In this document: in pieces, positions 52,186 through 64,000 of the stretch
Position numbering within the stretch: position 1 is the first letter of the stretch
Layout: each line of letters starts with the position of its first letter
Assembly (NCBI GenBank): GCA_951406725.2
Contig: OX597823.1
Location: forward strand, 12,462,001-12,526,000
Reading direction: 5' to 3'
Length of the DNA: 64,000 nt
Source of the DNA: Octopus vulgaris
Lineage: Eukaryota
Program-made: the position numbers and the translations under genes
The notes under the pieces: generated by a model
Told to the model about the DNA's origin: nothing
What the model saw: the letters and a program-made list of their open reading frames with translations, nothing else
The model's database searches: none

Positions 52186-54636
52186 ATCATGATATATATA
52201 AATATCATGTATGGAAGCACACACACTTGCATATATGTATATTCAGCTAGTGGAAATCACTTATTCTGCATTGGGATTGGAATGGATTGGAATCTTTTAG
52301 ATACAGTGTCCTTAGCACGTCTGAGACACATTAATTTCGATACCAACAACGGCGTGATTACCTATTGCGTGATGATATAATATGAGTGCACGAAGATATT
52401 TCAAAACACAGTCTTAAATGAATATGAAATTAACATATTTATCATGAAATTCCTTTTCTTTTACTGCTGTCAGCTCGCTGAATGTGACCATGCTTGTGCA
52501 GAACCATTAAAGCGTGGTTGTTTTATAAAGATATTGTAGAATGATAAGCCATTATTTTTATAATGATTTTTCTTACAGAGAATAAATATAAAAATCGTAA
52601 AAATAAAAGATATACGTGGATATAGGAGAATAATATCCCATTTAGTATCTCATATAACATATCCTAGATATTTATAAATTCATGTATTTTTATATTTTAT
52701 ACTTGTATAGATTTCTCCATGAAGTAGATATATTTTTACAAGAAATTTTTATCTTAAATACCTCGCGTATTCAATAAAAATGCTATAATTTTTTTTATTA
52801 GGATATCACATACCCTATGATGCAAACAGTGGAAAAACAACAAAAACAATAAAAGAGTGGTTTGATGGAATTCATGTTGTTATTCATCTTGTTTTTATTT
52901 TGAATCAATATTATGATAAGAAGGTAAACGTTGGAAAAACAAGAAAGAACGACTTCCATGCTGGGGTGAGGGCTTGAGGCAATAGAAAACCAATTGATGT
53001 ACTAAATCGAATAAAACGCATCCATCGTAAATAATTTTGGGTTATTATGCTTTCCTCAAATTCACCATTTCAACAAACGTACATCATTATTTATGCAGTT
53101 TAAGTTTCATATTCTTTCACTTTTTTCTTTCCTTTTTCTCTGCGCTTTCCTCTTTGTCTTTTCGCTGGAGCATGTTTATTCAATATCCGATTAGCAATAC
53201 AAATAATGCTTTCTAATTGAGACAATAGGCTAGCAATTTTGAAATGTATGGGAAGAGTTAGTCGATTAGGTAGGTGGACACTTGTAGTCTATTTTGTCTA
53301 CGGTGGAGGGAAGAAAAGCAAAGCTGAAAAGCAAAGTTCAACTCGGAGAGATTCAAACGCAGAACAGAGCCAGAGTAAATATATTTTCGACGCTCTAACG
53401 ATTGAGCCAGTTCACCACTTCAAATAATTCTTTTCAAATTGTCGCATCAGACCAGGAATTTTCATGGGAAGGGGAAGTCAATTACGTTGGCCCCAGGGCT
53501 CAACTGATATTATTTTATCGATTCCGAAAGAATGAAAAGCAAACCCAACTACAATAATATTTAAAATCTGGACATCAAGAGCCGGAATAATTTTCACTAA
53601 GCATTTTGTCCGATGCCGTTACGATTCTGCGAACTCCCACCCCATCTCACTCAGCAATACAAATAAGACTTAATAGGTGCACAGTCATCTTACTCAGAGA
53701 ATGGTCGTAAACTGTTATTTAAAATTTATCACATATATGAATGGTGCTAAATATATTGATTCTGTATGAATAAAACCTACCTTGGCGGGAACTCCCAACC
53801 ACAATTGTAAAAGGACTTAACTAAATATCGATTTTGGCAGTTATCCCTCACTATATTCATTCTTGTTTCTTACACAGTGAGAAAGCCACGAATTTCGTGT
53901 GAAGGTCAATAGTCGATTATATCGGTCAGAATAAATGACTGCTAGATTAATTTATCATCCGAAAGGATCAAAGTAAAATTAATCTCGGTGGGATCTGAAC
54001 ACAAATATCCGCACTAAATACTAAAAGTTATTTTATTCAATAATCTAACTATTGTGCTAATCTACCGGACTAAAAAACGAATCTTACAACAGTTCCTACT
54101 TAATATGTAACTATACTTTTGCCCTGGCGGAAAATGGTAATTTATAAGATTAAGGAATTCCAAAGTTGTATTAGAAATAAACGGAATGACTCTTACTCTA
54201 TTTCATGTGATCATGAAAACGTAAAATTCATTTATTGGCTCTAGCTGAAGAGTCCTTCATTGAAAGGACTTCATCATTCATAGGTTGATATATTTTGTAT
54301 ACTATGTATATATTTTATGTCATCTTTCCTTCCTCTCCGTTTCTTCCCGTCATCATCCAGACAAATTGTATAGGGTCCTTGTAACGTCCATCTCCTCTGA
54401 TGGGTCTGTGGTAAATAAAAGATATCATTGACAGAATCATCAGAGCATCAGGAAAGGTGCTTCGGTCGCTTTTTCCGGCTTTTTACGTTCAGAGCTGAAA
54501 TCACACTGGGGCTATATTGGCCATTGATCCCTTCGGGGTCGATAAAATATTGTACCAGTGAAGTACTAGAGTCGATGGTATCTCTACCCCACCTCTTCAT
54601 TTGTTTTTGCTTTGGGCCTATATTAGCATCCATCTA

Positions 54637-55979
54637 TCATTATTATTATTATTTTTACTTTTAATCTGCATGTTTGTTACAGTTACTTGCCGAGGCGCAG
54701 CCAGCGTCCTGGCGCGAGTAAAGGATAAGATATGTTATAATATGACTGAAAGCTTAGGGAGGGGAAGTAAAATATCTTCATGTAATACAACAAAGACATT
54801 TCAAGGGATGCGGTTTTTCTAAGGATGCAGGCAGTACTTGTCAGTATAATCTTTTGGATTTCTCTGAGACATGCTTCTCCTGGGAACTTATCTAGATGTT
54901 ACTGGCATTCCTTTTATATCATAGCTAGAGCACCAACAATAACAGTAACAAGGCACCTACAATAACAGTTCTCACTTTAAGATGCCAGATCTATTGTGTT
55001 TCAATTTTCAGGTCCTTATATTTACTTAATTAATTTCTCAGATGCTTTTACAGATATATTTTTATCAGTAAGAATACTGATATCTATTAGTCAACAAATG
55101 TTTTCTTCCCTGCCTGTAATAATTACTAGCAGTATCGCCCGGCGTTGCTCGGGTTTGTAAGGGAAATAACTATATAAGCATTTTTAGAGATGTAAAGTAT
55201 AATAGCCATCTCAATATGGCTAACCACAAAGGTGGGGTGTTACTGTAGCTTTTTACGTTCTGAGATTTGATAATAAATTTTTAGAGAGTTACTTCCCTTA
55301 TATATGCCAAAAATGCATTAAAAATGCAAAAAATTGATTGTAATTTTTTTTTTAATCGTAGACACATCGTAGACGCGCGCTAATACCCAGAAGGGCTCGA
55401 TATGAATCACGACTATATAAGATACCCGGTTTTGGTTAAACTGCACCGCAAAATGTGGGAGTAGTTAGGAATCCAAATTGTAGGAGACAGACAGCACACA
55501 ACCTCACTTTTATATATAAAGATGTCTGGACTATTATCCTGGATCGTTCTGTCAGTGTTGACTGGAAAATCCCAGACGATGGTGACATTTTTACCTTCAA
55601 CGACTGGCTCAGGATGATGTTCATACCAGTAAGCAGGAATGCTGATTTTGTAATGTATACATATCTTCCAATGTAAATACTGTTCTACTCTATAGTGGTG
55701 ATTTTTGTATTCGTTTCGTGTCAGAACAGGACATCTCGAGACGGGATGGTCTATTGTTCCGTCAAATGTGTCGCAGAATCTGCATTTAGAGTCAGAACCG
55801 TTTTGAAGGATGTTAGCCTGTTAGTTTCTTGTAAGTAAGCTTTGATTGTGAGCCGCCAATATAAAACCTTCAGTCTCTGCTTTCAGTCCTGAACTTCTCA
55901 GCCACTGATGGGTTGTTGCTTGGCCTACATCAGCATTTCGAAGTATATACTGTCTAAGCAGAGGCTTCTGGCTCCACCA
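54637..55979 (-). mobile_element. R4/Dong-clade non-LTR retrotransposon 3' part (CCHC knuckle plus restriction-like endonuclease), split by a Helitron
   Basis: HQWLRSSGLKAETEGFILAAHNQSL, KCRFC...TIDHPVSRC, YLHWKIC, WYEHHPEPV, IVWDFPVNTDRTIQDNSPD|III...LIDISI. The 3' UTR ends in (TAA)n. Confidence 0.88.
55126..55522 (-). mobile_element. Non-autonomous Helitron, copy 4
   Basis: TC...CTAG termini; removing it restores CCA GAC A|TA ATT (PDII) with no TSD. Confidence 0.92.
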
Positions 55980-56065
55980 CTCCTAAATTTATTTCTGCCC
56001 ATTCTTTTCTTCTTCTTCTTCTTCTTCTTCTCCTTCTCCTTCTCCTTCTCCTTCTTCTTCTTCTT

Positions 56066-56125
<60 letters not shown>

Positions 56126-56686
56126 GAGTGAGAGAGCAGTTCATGCCATCAAAGTGACACTGGGGTAAAATATACGAAGCCCAATATACCCATCATGACT
56201 ACCCGTCTGATAAGGGTACACCAGGCACATGCATCACAACCATATGTGCACGACATGGTGATTTCATATCAAGATAAACAGCACATGACCTTGCAGGTGG
56301 GGCCCAGTTAGAATTTTCTTCAGGTTGAGTAGCCCATCCCGCTCAAACGGTCCCTGAATAAGGGTTGTTTAGGGATGTTGAACAAAACACCCATGTTTCC
56401 AGAGGTGAATTATTCAAACCCCAAAGAATCCCTCTCAACACATGGCTATGATGCTTCCCCCACTACTTCTGCTCGTGATCAGAGATGCACATATCGTCAA
56501 CCACTAAGGGACATGCTCAACTTGTTATGGTCAAACAACTGACAAGCAAATCTGTGATATTGAGCAGAATATTTGCTGTAGCCCATCTTTTATACCAAGA
56601 CAAAACAATGTACATGATAACACTTCCAATCAGTTAAGATCAGAAGCCATGAGAGCCACTGCCTGGTACTGCATCAGGGCATTTAT
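56126..56686. repeat. ~560-bp unclassified complex insert bounded by (TTA)n tracts
   Basis: Higher-GC non-coding block between (TTA)n at 56069-56125 and 56692-56714. Confidence 0.45.
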
Positions 56687-56805
56687 GGTACTTATTATTA
56701 TTATTATTATTATTTGATGAAAACTCACAGCTTCTTTTGCTGGGTATGGTGGAAAGTGTCAGCTGTCCGCAGCCAGCAGACAAAGGTAACACATTGTTAT
56801 TATGA

Positions 56806-57022
56806 AGGTGGCTATTAGGCAGAATCGTTAGCAGGCCGGGCGAAATGTTTAGCAGTATTTCGTCTGCCGCTACGTTATAAGTTTCAAATTCTGCCGAGGT
56901 CAATTTTGTCTTTTATCCTTTCGGGGTTCGGGGTCGATGAAATAAATACCAGTTAACACACAAGGGTCGATGCAATCGACTATACCCCTTAGCCCTAAAT
57001 TTTCAAACCCTTGTGCCTCGAG
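56806..57022 (+). mobile_element. SINE family A (A2)
   Basis: Head and core similarity. Confidence 0.8.
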
Positions 57023-57074
57023 TAGAATTATCGTTATTTTTGTTGTTGTTGTTGTTGTCGTTAGTAGTAGTAGT

Positions 57075-57228
57075 CATCATTGTTCGACCGTGGTCGAGAC
57101 AATGGAATTTACCATGCTACGCCAGATTTCACGGTCCATCATGGCATTACGGAGGTCCTGTTGCTGGATGCCTGTATCCCTGGAGATTACATCAGGGTAG
57201 GAGAGTGTGCGCCCTCTGGTATTGCGAG
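57075..57228 (-). mobile_element. RTE-like LINE extreme 3' fragment
   Basis: Minus strand: RNTRGRTLSYPDVISRDTGIQQQDLRNAMMDREIWRSMVNSI...**, then a (CTA)n tail. Confidence 0.7.
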
Positions 57229-58046
57229 AAGTAGTAGTAGTAGTAGTAGCTGATTACTTCATTAACCTTTCAGTCAATCAATCAGTTGGTTTCTCAGTAT
57301 ATTTTCGTCACCATTTGCAACTTAGTCAATGACATGCATTCATTCTACCAGGTCTTTCTAGTTGCGCATGTCTCTAGGTCTCCAAACCAATACAAGTAGC
57401 ATACTCGTATTTACAAGTAGCAGAGGTTTGGCGGCGTATTCTTTTGGTTTTGTGTGGATATGCGAGTGAACATGCGTGCGTCATGGTGAGAGCGCGAGGG
57501 ATGTTTGAAAATCCGCAAGGGATGTGTAGTCATGCTTGTGACAGTAAATACGACACTTCTAGTAACTATTTTCGTATTTCCGTATTTACCAACAGATCTC
57601 CCTCTTCGTTCTTATCTGTCTCTATCTCGTACTTATTCGCATATACAGACACGTGTAAAACTCACCTACATGCGCATACATGGATTTATGGACAACACTA
57701 AACACACACACCCATATGCAACTGCATGTAAACACACACACACACATATAAACACAAACATAGCCACCCACGCACACACATAACACACACGTGTCCACCC
57801 ACCTATACATTGCTTCCACGGCATATGTATCCGGGTTAGATAGTAGTAAAAGGGTCATTTCTAATCGTAAATATCTTTCAGGTTTATGAATACATATCAT
57901 TTGACCTACATGTATAAGTGTATATATGAGTCATGCCATCATAAGCGTTTGGTTAGGAATTGTGGAATGGGAAAGTAGGTGACCCCATCGACTATGGTAC
58001 CCGATTGGCACCTTCATGAAGGATCTCATACCACGATACCTATATA

Positions 58047-58274
58047 AGGCGGCGAGCTAGCAGAATCGTTAGCACGCCGGGCGAAATGCTTATCGGTATT
58101 TCGTCTGCCGCTACGTTCTGAGTTCAAATTCCGCCGAGGTCGACTTTGCCTTTCATCCTTTCGGGGTCGATTAAATAAGCACCAGTTACGTACTGGCGTC
58201 GATATAATCGACTTAATCTGTTTGTCTGTCATTGTTTGTCCTCTCTGTGTTGAGCCCCTTGTGGAGTAAAGAAA
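58047..58274 (+). mobile_element. SINE family A, full length, 11-bp TSD
   Basis: TSD gatacctatat at 58035-58045 and 58277-58287. Confidence 0.92.
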
Positions 58275-58449
58275 GAGATACCTATATTTAGAGATATTAA
58301 TGTCTCCTCCAACACAAAGAATACATAGACAAACATGCCAAAAAACTCGTGTCCCTCTATAGAGAGATGGTATGTTCAGGTTATTGTGGCAGTGGTGGTG
58401 GGATTGTTGTTATTTCTTTCGTATTTTCTGTTGAGTACCGGCTTCTGTT

Positions 58450-58627
58450 CAGGGATGGTGGTGATCCCTGCTGTACTCTTTCACCACTCTTTCTCTCACT
58501 CTTTCTTCTGTTGGCCTGCTCGCTTAGCCAGCGGGGTGGCGTCATTCGAAGGCTAAAACAATGCGAACGCATTGTGACCAGCGATGTGTAACAACATCTG
58601 ATGGTCTGGTCGGTCACGTGATCACGT
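58450..58627 (+). mobile_element. SINE family C 3' part (tail type 2)
   Basis: ggtgatccctgctgtactc...ggtcacgtgatcacg. Confidence 0.82.
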
Positions 58628-58960
58628 TATTTATGTATGTATGTATGTGTATAGATGTGTGTATGTATCATGCATAGAAGCACACTCACACACACACACA
58701 CACATACACACACAGAAGGCTGTTTTCTAAAAAATGGAAAATCCAGAAATCCAGGCCACTTCCGGTCCCAAGGTTGCCGGATATTTTGTCAGTCATCGTG
58801 TAATTTATCTATCTTATCTATCTATAAATGTTATCTATCTATGAATCTTATCTACTTGCCTACCGACCTACCTACCTACCTACCTACCTACCTGCATACC
58901 TACCTACCCGCCTACCTACCTACCTACCCACCTACCTACCTACCTACCTACATAGCTACC

Positions 58961-58999
<39 letters not shown>

Positions 59000-59000
59000 T

Positions 59001-59200
59001 AGTTAATCCAAACATGAACAAAGAGAAAACACAACGCGAGGTCGTGGAACAAGTATAGTGTTATTGGACGCTCAGGAAAGGAAAGAAAGAAAGAGGATTT
59101 AACGTTTCGAGCGGAGCTCTTCGTCCGAAATATAGAAAAAGAAAAGTTCAAGGAAGGGAAGAGTGAGAAAGAAAATCGCCACGATAATACGCGGTCATAT
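59001..59200 (-). mobile_element. Solo pLTR of a related PLE family with compact HHR variant (59097-59131)
   Basis: attt-CGGACGA-a-gagc tcc gctc-GAAA-cg-TT-aaat; between (TA)n tracts. Confidence 0.7.
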
Positions 59201-59202
59201 AT

Positions 59203-59242
<40 letters not shown>

Positions 59243-59258
59243 ACAATACATACATACA

Positions 59259-59338
<80 letters not shown>

Positions 59339-60142
59339 TATACATATACATACGTAGCTGCATACACACATGCCTCGTATTACTGCCATCTCAGGTAATA
59401 GGAGTTTGCAATGATGGTATTTGTAAAGTATGATGACTTTTTTTCAGGATATGACTTAGCGCAAAGTCGGATTAATCTCAACAATTTAAATGGCCGTCTC
59501 CAGACGTTTTAGTTAAGATCAAAGCAATGTTAAGTTTGAAAATCTACAATCAAGATACATAAATATCTCCGTGGGCATGTGTAAATGTTTGTGCTTAATT
59601 CACTATATACCCAACGTGTAAGGTGAACATTTTCTCTGTGAATAAAAAAAATATGACAAAAGTTTCGTTGACAGGAATTAAAACATGGCTTTCTTGTTTA
59701 CCACTTAGAAAGAAGTACTAAAACTTGCACCACGAGGAGTTTTTGATCAGCTCTTATTATGCTAGTCATATTGAATATATATTTAAGGAGTAAGGAAACG
59801 CACGCGTGTTTCAAAGAGAAATAACATCTACAAAAGAACAGATATATTATTTAGGATCGATGTAGATACGAGAATAAGGTTTCGGGGAATATGAAATCAA
59901 TTAATAAAACCAAATGCCGAATGTAGATATACTTTATATCAAGAATACAAAAGTAAACACGTACTGGGGCAAGAAGTATGTATGTATGTATAAATATATA
60001 TATATAATGTAATTATTTACGTGGGTATGTGTATATAAGAACCAAAATGGGGTTCCTGAATAGATTATAATCAGACATGTTTTCATATAAAAATATAGAG
60101 AAACAGTGATATAAGGACATAGAAATAATTTGAATATGTGCA

Positions 60143-60202
<60 letters not shown>

Positions 60203-60217
60203 TATATATATAATAGG

Positions 60218-60384
60218 GCCATCTGAATATGGCTAGGGACACAGGTGGTGGGTTACGGCCCAGGCGAACATCGACGTCACCAGAAAGGCTCGACACTTTC
60301 TGGTGACGTCGATGTTCGCCTGGGGCTAAATGCAACAGTAACACCCCCACCACCCTGCCCTGTCCCTAGCCATATTCAGATGGC
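60218..60384. repeat. GC-rich two-stem fold-back between (TA)n tracts
   Basis: Perfect 29-bp inner arms 60259-60287 and 60296-60324; perfect 24-bp outer arms 60218-60241 and 60361-60384. Confidence 0.9.
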
Positions 60385-60436
60385 TTTAGTCCCTTATGTT
60401 ATCGAGCAGTTACTGTCTATATCCCTTTTAGAGAAT

Positions 60437-60526
<90 letters not shown>

Positions 60527-60572
60527 TTATATATATATAATATAGATGTATATATCCATATATGTATGCATG

Positions 60573-60631
<59 letters not shown>

Positions 60632-61581
60632 TGTAGGTAAAAGAGAATAGATTTAACTACAAAATTTCATTGACATAATTATGGAAGTGGAGATGTATAG
60701 CTTAATGCCTCAAGCTCAAACTAGAAGAACTTCCCTTTCCTAATACTCTACGAATAATTATTAAGTCTTGAATTGCAACAATTTGAACTACAAACGCATG
60801 CAGGCAGACACACACACACATACACACACACACGCACACACACACACACATTTTTACTCGTCATTACGTAGAGAGACGATTAGAAACATCCATACAAACA
60901 TTCATATTAATAGCGAGAATAAGGTTCGCTAAAAAACGAAAATAAACAAAATTAACCGATTTAAAATACATCCAACGTAAGTATATCTTACCATTAGAAA
61001 TGTTTAGCACCGTTAGGATCATGTGTCTAATATATATATGTATATGTATGTATATTTGTGTGTATGTATTTGTGTGTGTGTGTACATGCGCGTGTATGTA
61101 TTTATGTATGCTTGTATGTATGTATTCTCGAGCCATGTGACTCCTCTTTCTGCCTTGTCTATATTTTAGATTTACTACAACTTATGCAGACGCCATTACA
61201 ACGACTGCCGATTTCTCTCACTCAACACCTCTGTATCTAGCTGTTTCTCAATCTTCTTACCCTATTTACCTTTTTGTCCTTATTTCCTTTTCTTTCTTTA
61301 TCTATTTCTCTATTTATCTCTCTATCTTTTTTTTTATCTTTCTATTTATATAACTTTCACCTTCATTCTCGTTTTCTTTCCCCTTTCTGTCTTTCTAGAA
61401 ATAGCATCATGTCGTTAGCGTATATATAACGCTTCCGCTACTCTGTATGGAGATGAATTGGCGAAATAAAATTTACTAATAGATCAATAAACAATAACAA
61501 TAACAACTGCTCCAGTAACAGTAAAAACAAAAACAAAAAAAACAGCAAGACTGGTTAAATCAGTAACTACAATAGATAAGA

Positions 61582-61633
<52 letters not shown>

Positions 61634-62225
61634 CAACAGAAATAAGACAATATAACAAAAAGAGAAAAGTGAGACAGAGAAAGAGAGGAGGTAAAGTGAT
61701 ACAAAGTTCTTGATCTGGAAATAAACCAAAGAAAACAATAGAACGTTTCGAAAATACTGTAGATGTGTTGACAAACTGCAGGATGTATCAGCTACGTGCT
61801 TCCTCTTACCGAACGGAAAACCATTTGTGTTGTGGATAAAGAATACAAATTAAACTCACCAAGAGGAAATATATTCATAACAATACACAGAATGTCTTAT
61901 AATATCTTTAAATAACAAACTACAATTTGTATTTGAATGTTTGCAGTTATAAACCATTTAGAGAGGAGTTCGGCAGAGTCTAATTCGTAAAAGAACAACC
62001 AAGATATTGGAATGATAAAAAGGGCAGAGAATTGACAGAATTTAGCAAGAGTGGTGAACGAATACAATGTGGTAGTTATTTACGTCACTCTACATTCTGA
62101 GTTCGAATCCACTCAGATAGTCATTTCAGGATTAATAAAATTAGTACTAGCCAGATACTAAATTAACATGACGGACCATATCTTGTTCCATTAGTGATCA
62201 GAATTGTTCAATCATACGTCCTATG

Positions 62226-62227
<2 letters not shown>

Positions 62228-62295
<68 letters not shown>

Positions 62296-62484
62296 CATTG
62301 TGTACAGTGCTCAGGTGCACTACAACTCATCTAAGGTGTATATATAATCAGGTGTAGTTTCGGCGGATTTCGGAAAGCATGAGGGCCTTAAAGGATGCAG
62401 TGTCATGGCAGTCAACAACTGACGCAGGCAGTTTATTCCATGCTTCAGCAACTCTGTGCGTGAAAAAATGTTTCCGAAAGTCAT
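62228..62484 (-). mobile_element. CR1-type LINE 3' end with (TTA)n tail
   Basis: Minus strand: DFRKHFFTHRVAEAWNKLPASVVDCHDTASFKALM...*. Confidence 0.85.
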
Positions 62485-62760
62485 CGTGTAGGGTAGATTT
62501 TCTCATGAGGTGGGGGAGGACCCTGTGCGGACTAAAAAGAGAGCAAATAAATTTTCATGATTTCCCTTGTTTAATAAATATAAAACTGTTTTAAAGTTTT
62601 AAAGGCAACCAACACTATGGCGAAGAACAAAGAGGAGAATACGGATGCGAATTTTTCTCTCTCTTCCTCAGTAGGATGGGGTAAAAATGTTTACCCTTTC
62701 TTTTAGTTTGAGGGGGTGAAGTTAATATTAGTGAATTTGAGTAATATAATATTTAGCATC

Positions 62761-62974
62761 TCTCTTTTACTCTTTAACTTGTTTCAGTCATTTGACTGTG
62801 GCCATGTTGGAGCACCGCCTTTAGTCGAACACATCGACCCCAGGACTTATTCTTTGTAAGCTTAGTGCTTATTCTATCGGTCTCTTTCGCCGAACCGCTA
62901 AGTTACGGGGACGTAAACACACCAGCATCGGTTGTCAAGCGATACGGGGGGGGGTGACAAACATAGACTCACAA

Positions 62975-63015
<41 letters not shown>

Positions 63016-63205
63016 AATATATATATATACATACATATATACGACAGGCTTCTTTTAGTTTCCGTCTACCAAATCCACTCACAAGGCTTTGGTCGGCCCA
63101 AGGCTACAGTAGAAGACACTTCCCCAAGGTGCCACGCAGTGGGACTGAACCCGGTACCATGGGGTTGGTAAGCAAGCTACTTACCACACAGCTATTCCTA
63201 CGCCT
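62761..63205 (-). mobile_element. SINE family B, full length
   Basis: All modules present. Confidence 0.9.
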
Positions 63206-63386
63206 ACGGTAATTTATATCTTATAAGGGTTTTCCGTCGACATTTGTTATACGGATCCCATAAAATAAAATCTGGCTTTTGTTTCTATCTAGTCGTCTCG
63301 GTAAACTGCGATCGGAAAAGCCTATGAACAAGGGTCTCTTTGCAATTATTACTATGTCGTTATTATTTCTAGACTTATTGTGTGTA

Positions 63387-64000
63387 CGAGGGAGTGGGGC
63401 TGAAAATTTCATAGCTCGACTATGAAGGAGAGATACTAGACTTGTGAAACCTTGCATGCCTTCAATTCAGCTCTACTTAATAACTGCAATGTTTTTCCAC
63501 GTAAACCGACATTTAAGAGATTATAGAACACTTCGAAAGTGACAGGTAGCAACTTCTCCTGAAAATCGACAAAAGTTGGCATTGTGTTGTCATCAAGTAC
63601 ATGCAGAAAAGGGTTTAGCTCCCAAAGACATTTATGCTGACATGCTTACTACATCAGGGCATAACTTTCAGGTTTTATCAACAGTGCAAGAGAGGGTAGC
63701 TGAATTCAGGAGCGGAAAGGAGAGTCTTGAGATGACCCAAGGGCAGGACGTCATGCAAGTGCTACCATCGAAGGAAACATGGAGCGTATTTACTACATGC
63801 TGATGGTTGATAAGTATTTGGCTGTAAATCAAATATCTAATGCTGTTAGCATATCGCACGAGCGAGTTGAGAATATTCTGCACTATGAACTTGGCATGAC
63901 AAAATTTTCTGCTCGGTGGGTGCTATGTCTCCTGACACCTGATCAAAAGCACACGAAGCTGACCACAATAGGAGAAAATCTGACATTGTTTGAGGCAGAT
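63387..64000 (+). mobile_element. Mariner-family DNA transposon, 5' part with pseudogenised transposase (runs off the window)
   Basis: TA|CGAGGG...GCTGAAAATTTCATAG TIR-like start. From ~63565: VIKYMQ/KGLAPKDIYADM, STVQERVAEFRSGKESLE/DDPRAGR, ISHERVENILHYELGMTKFSARWVLCLLTPDQK (WVP-like motif). Frameshifted. Confidence 0.9.

Noticed and set aside
54240-54275. CTGAAGA-gtcctt...aaggac half hammerhead
   Set aside because: No GAAA or stem III follows.

Overview
AT-rich, microsatellite-saturated eukaryotic DNA with no recognisable host gene. The repeat content suggests an octopus (coleoid cephalopod) intron or intergenic region; this is an inference. Nearly all ORFs in the supplied track are translated (TA)n/(CA)n/(TATC)n repeats. 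The real content is a layered transposon landscape: about 30 tRNA-derived SINE copies from 3-4 families, 4 non-autonomous Helitrons, RTE, CR1 and R4/Dong LINE remnants, a mariner 5' end, and several Penelope-like element (PLE) remnants (RT, GIY-YIG). The most striking signal is a dense set of type I hammerhead ribozyme (HHR) motifs, about 15-18 from several unrelated sequence families. They sit in short inserts mostly embedded in (TA)n tracts. Several have canonical cores, unusually long stem II hairpins and palindromic stem III. One lies in a 404-nt head-to-tail repeat (retrozyme/circRNA-like). Several lie in fold-back palindromes whose apex is at or next to the ribozyme. All structures were parsed by eye, and boundaries of degenerate elements are approximate.
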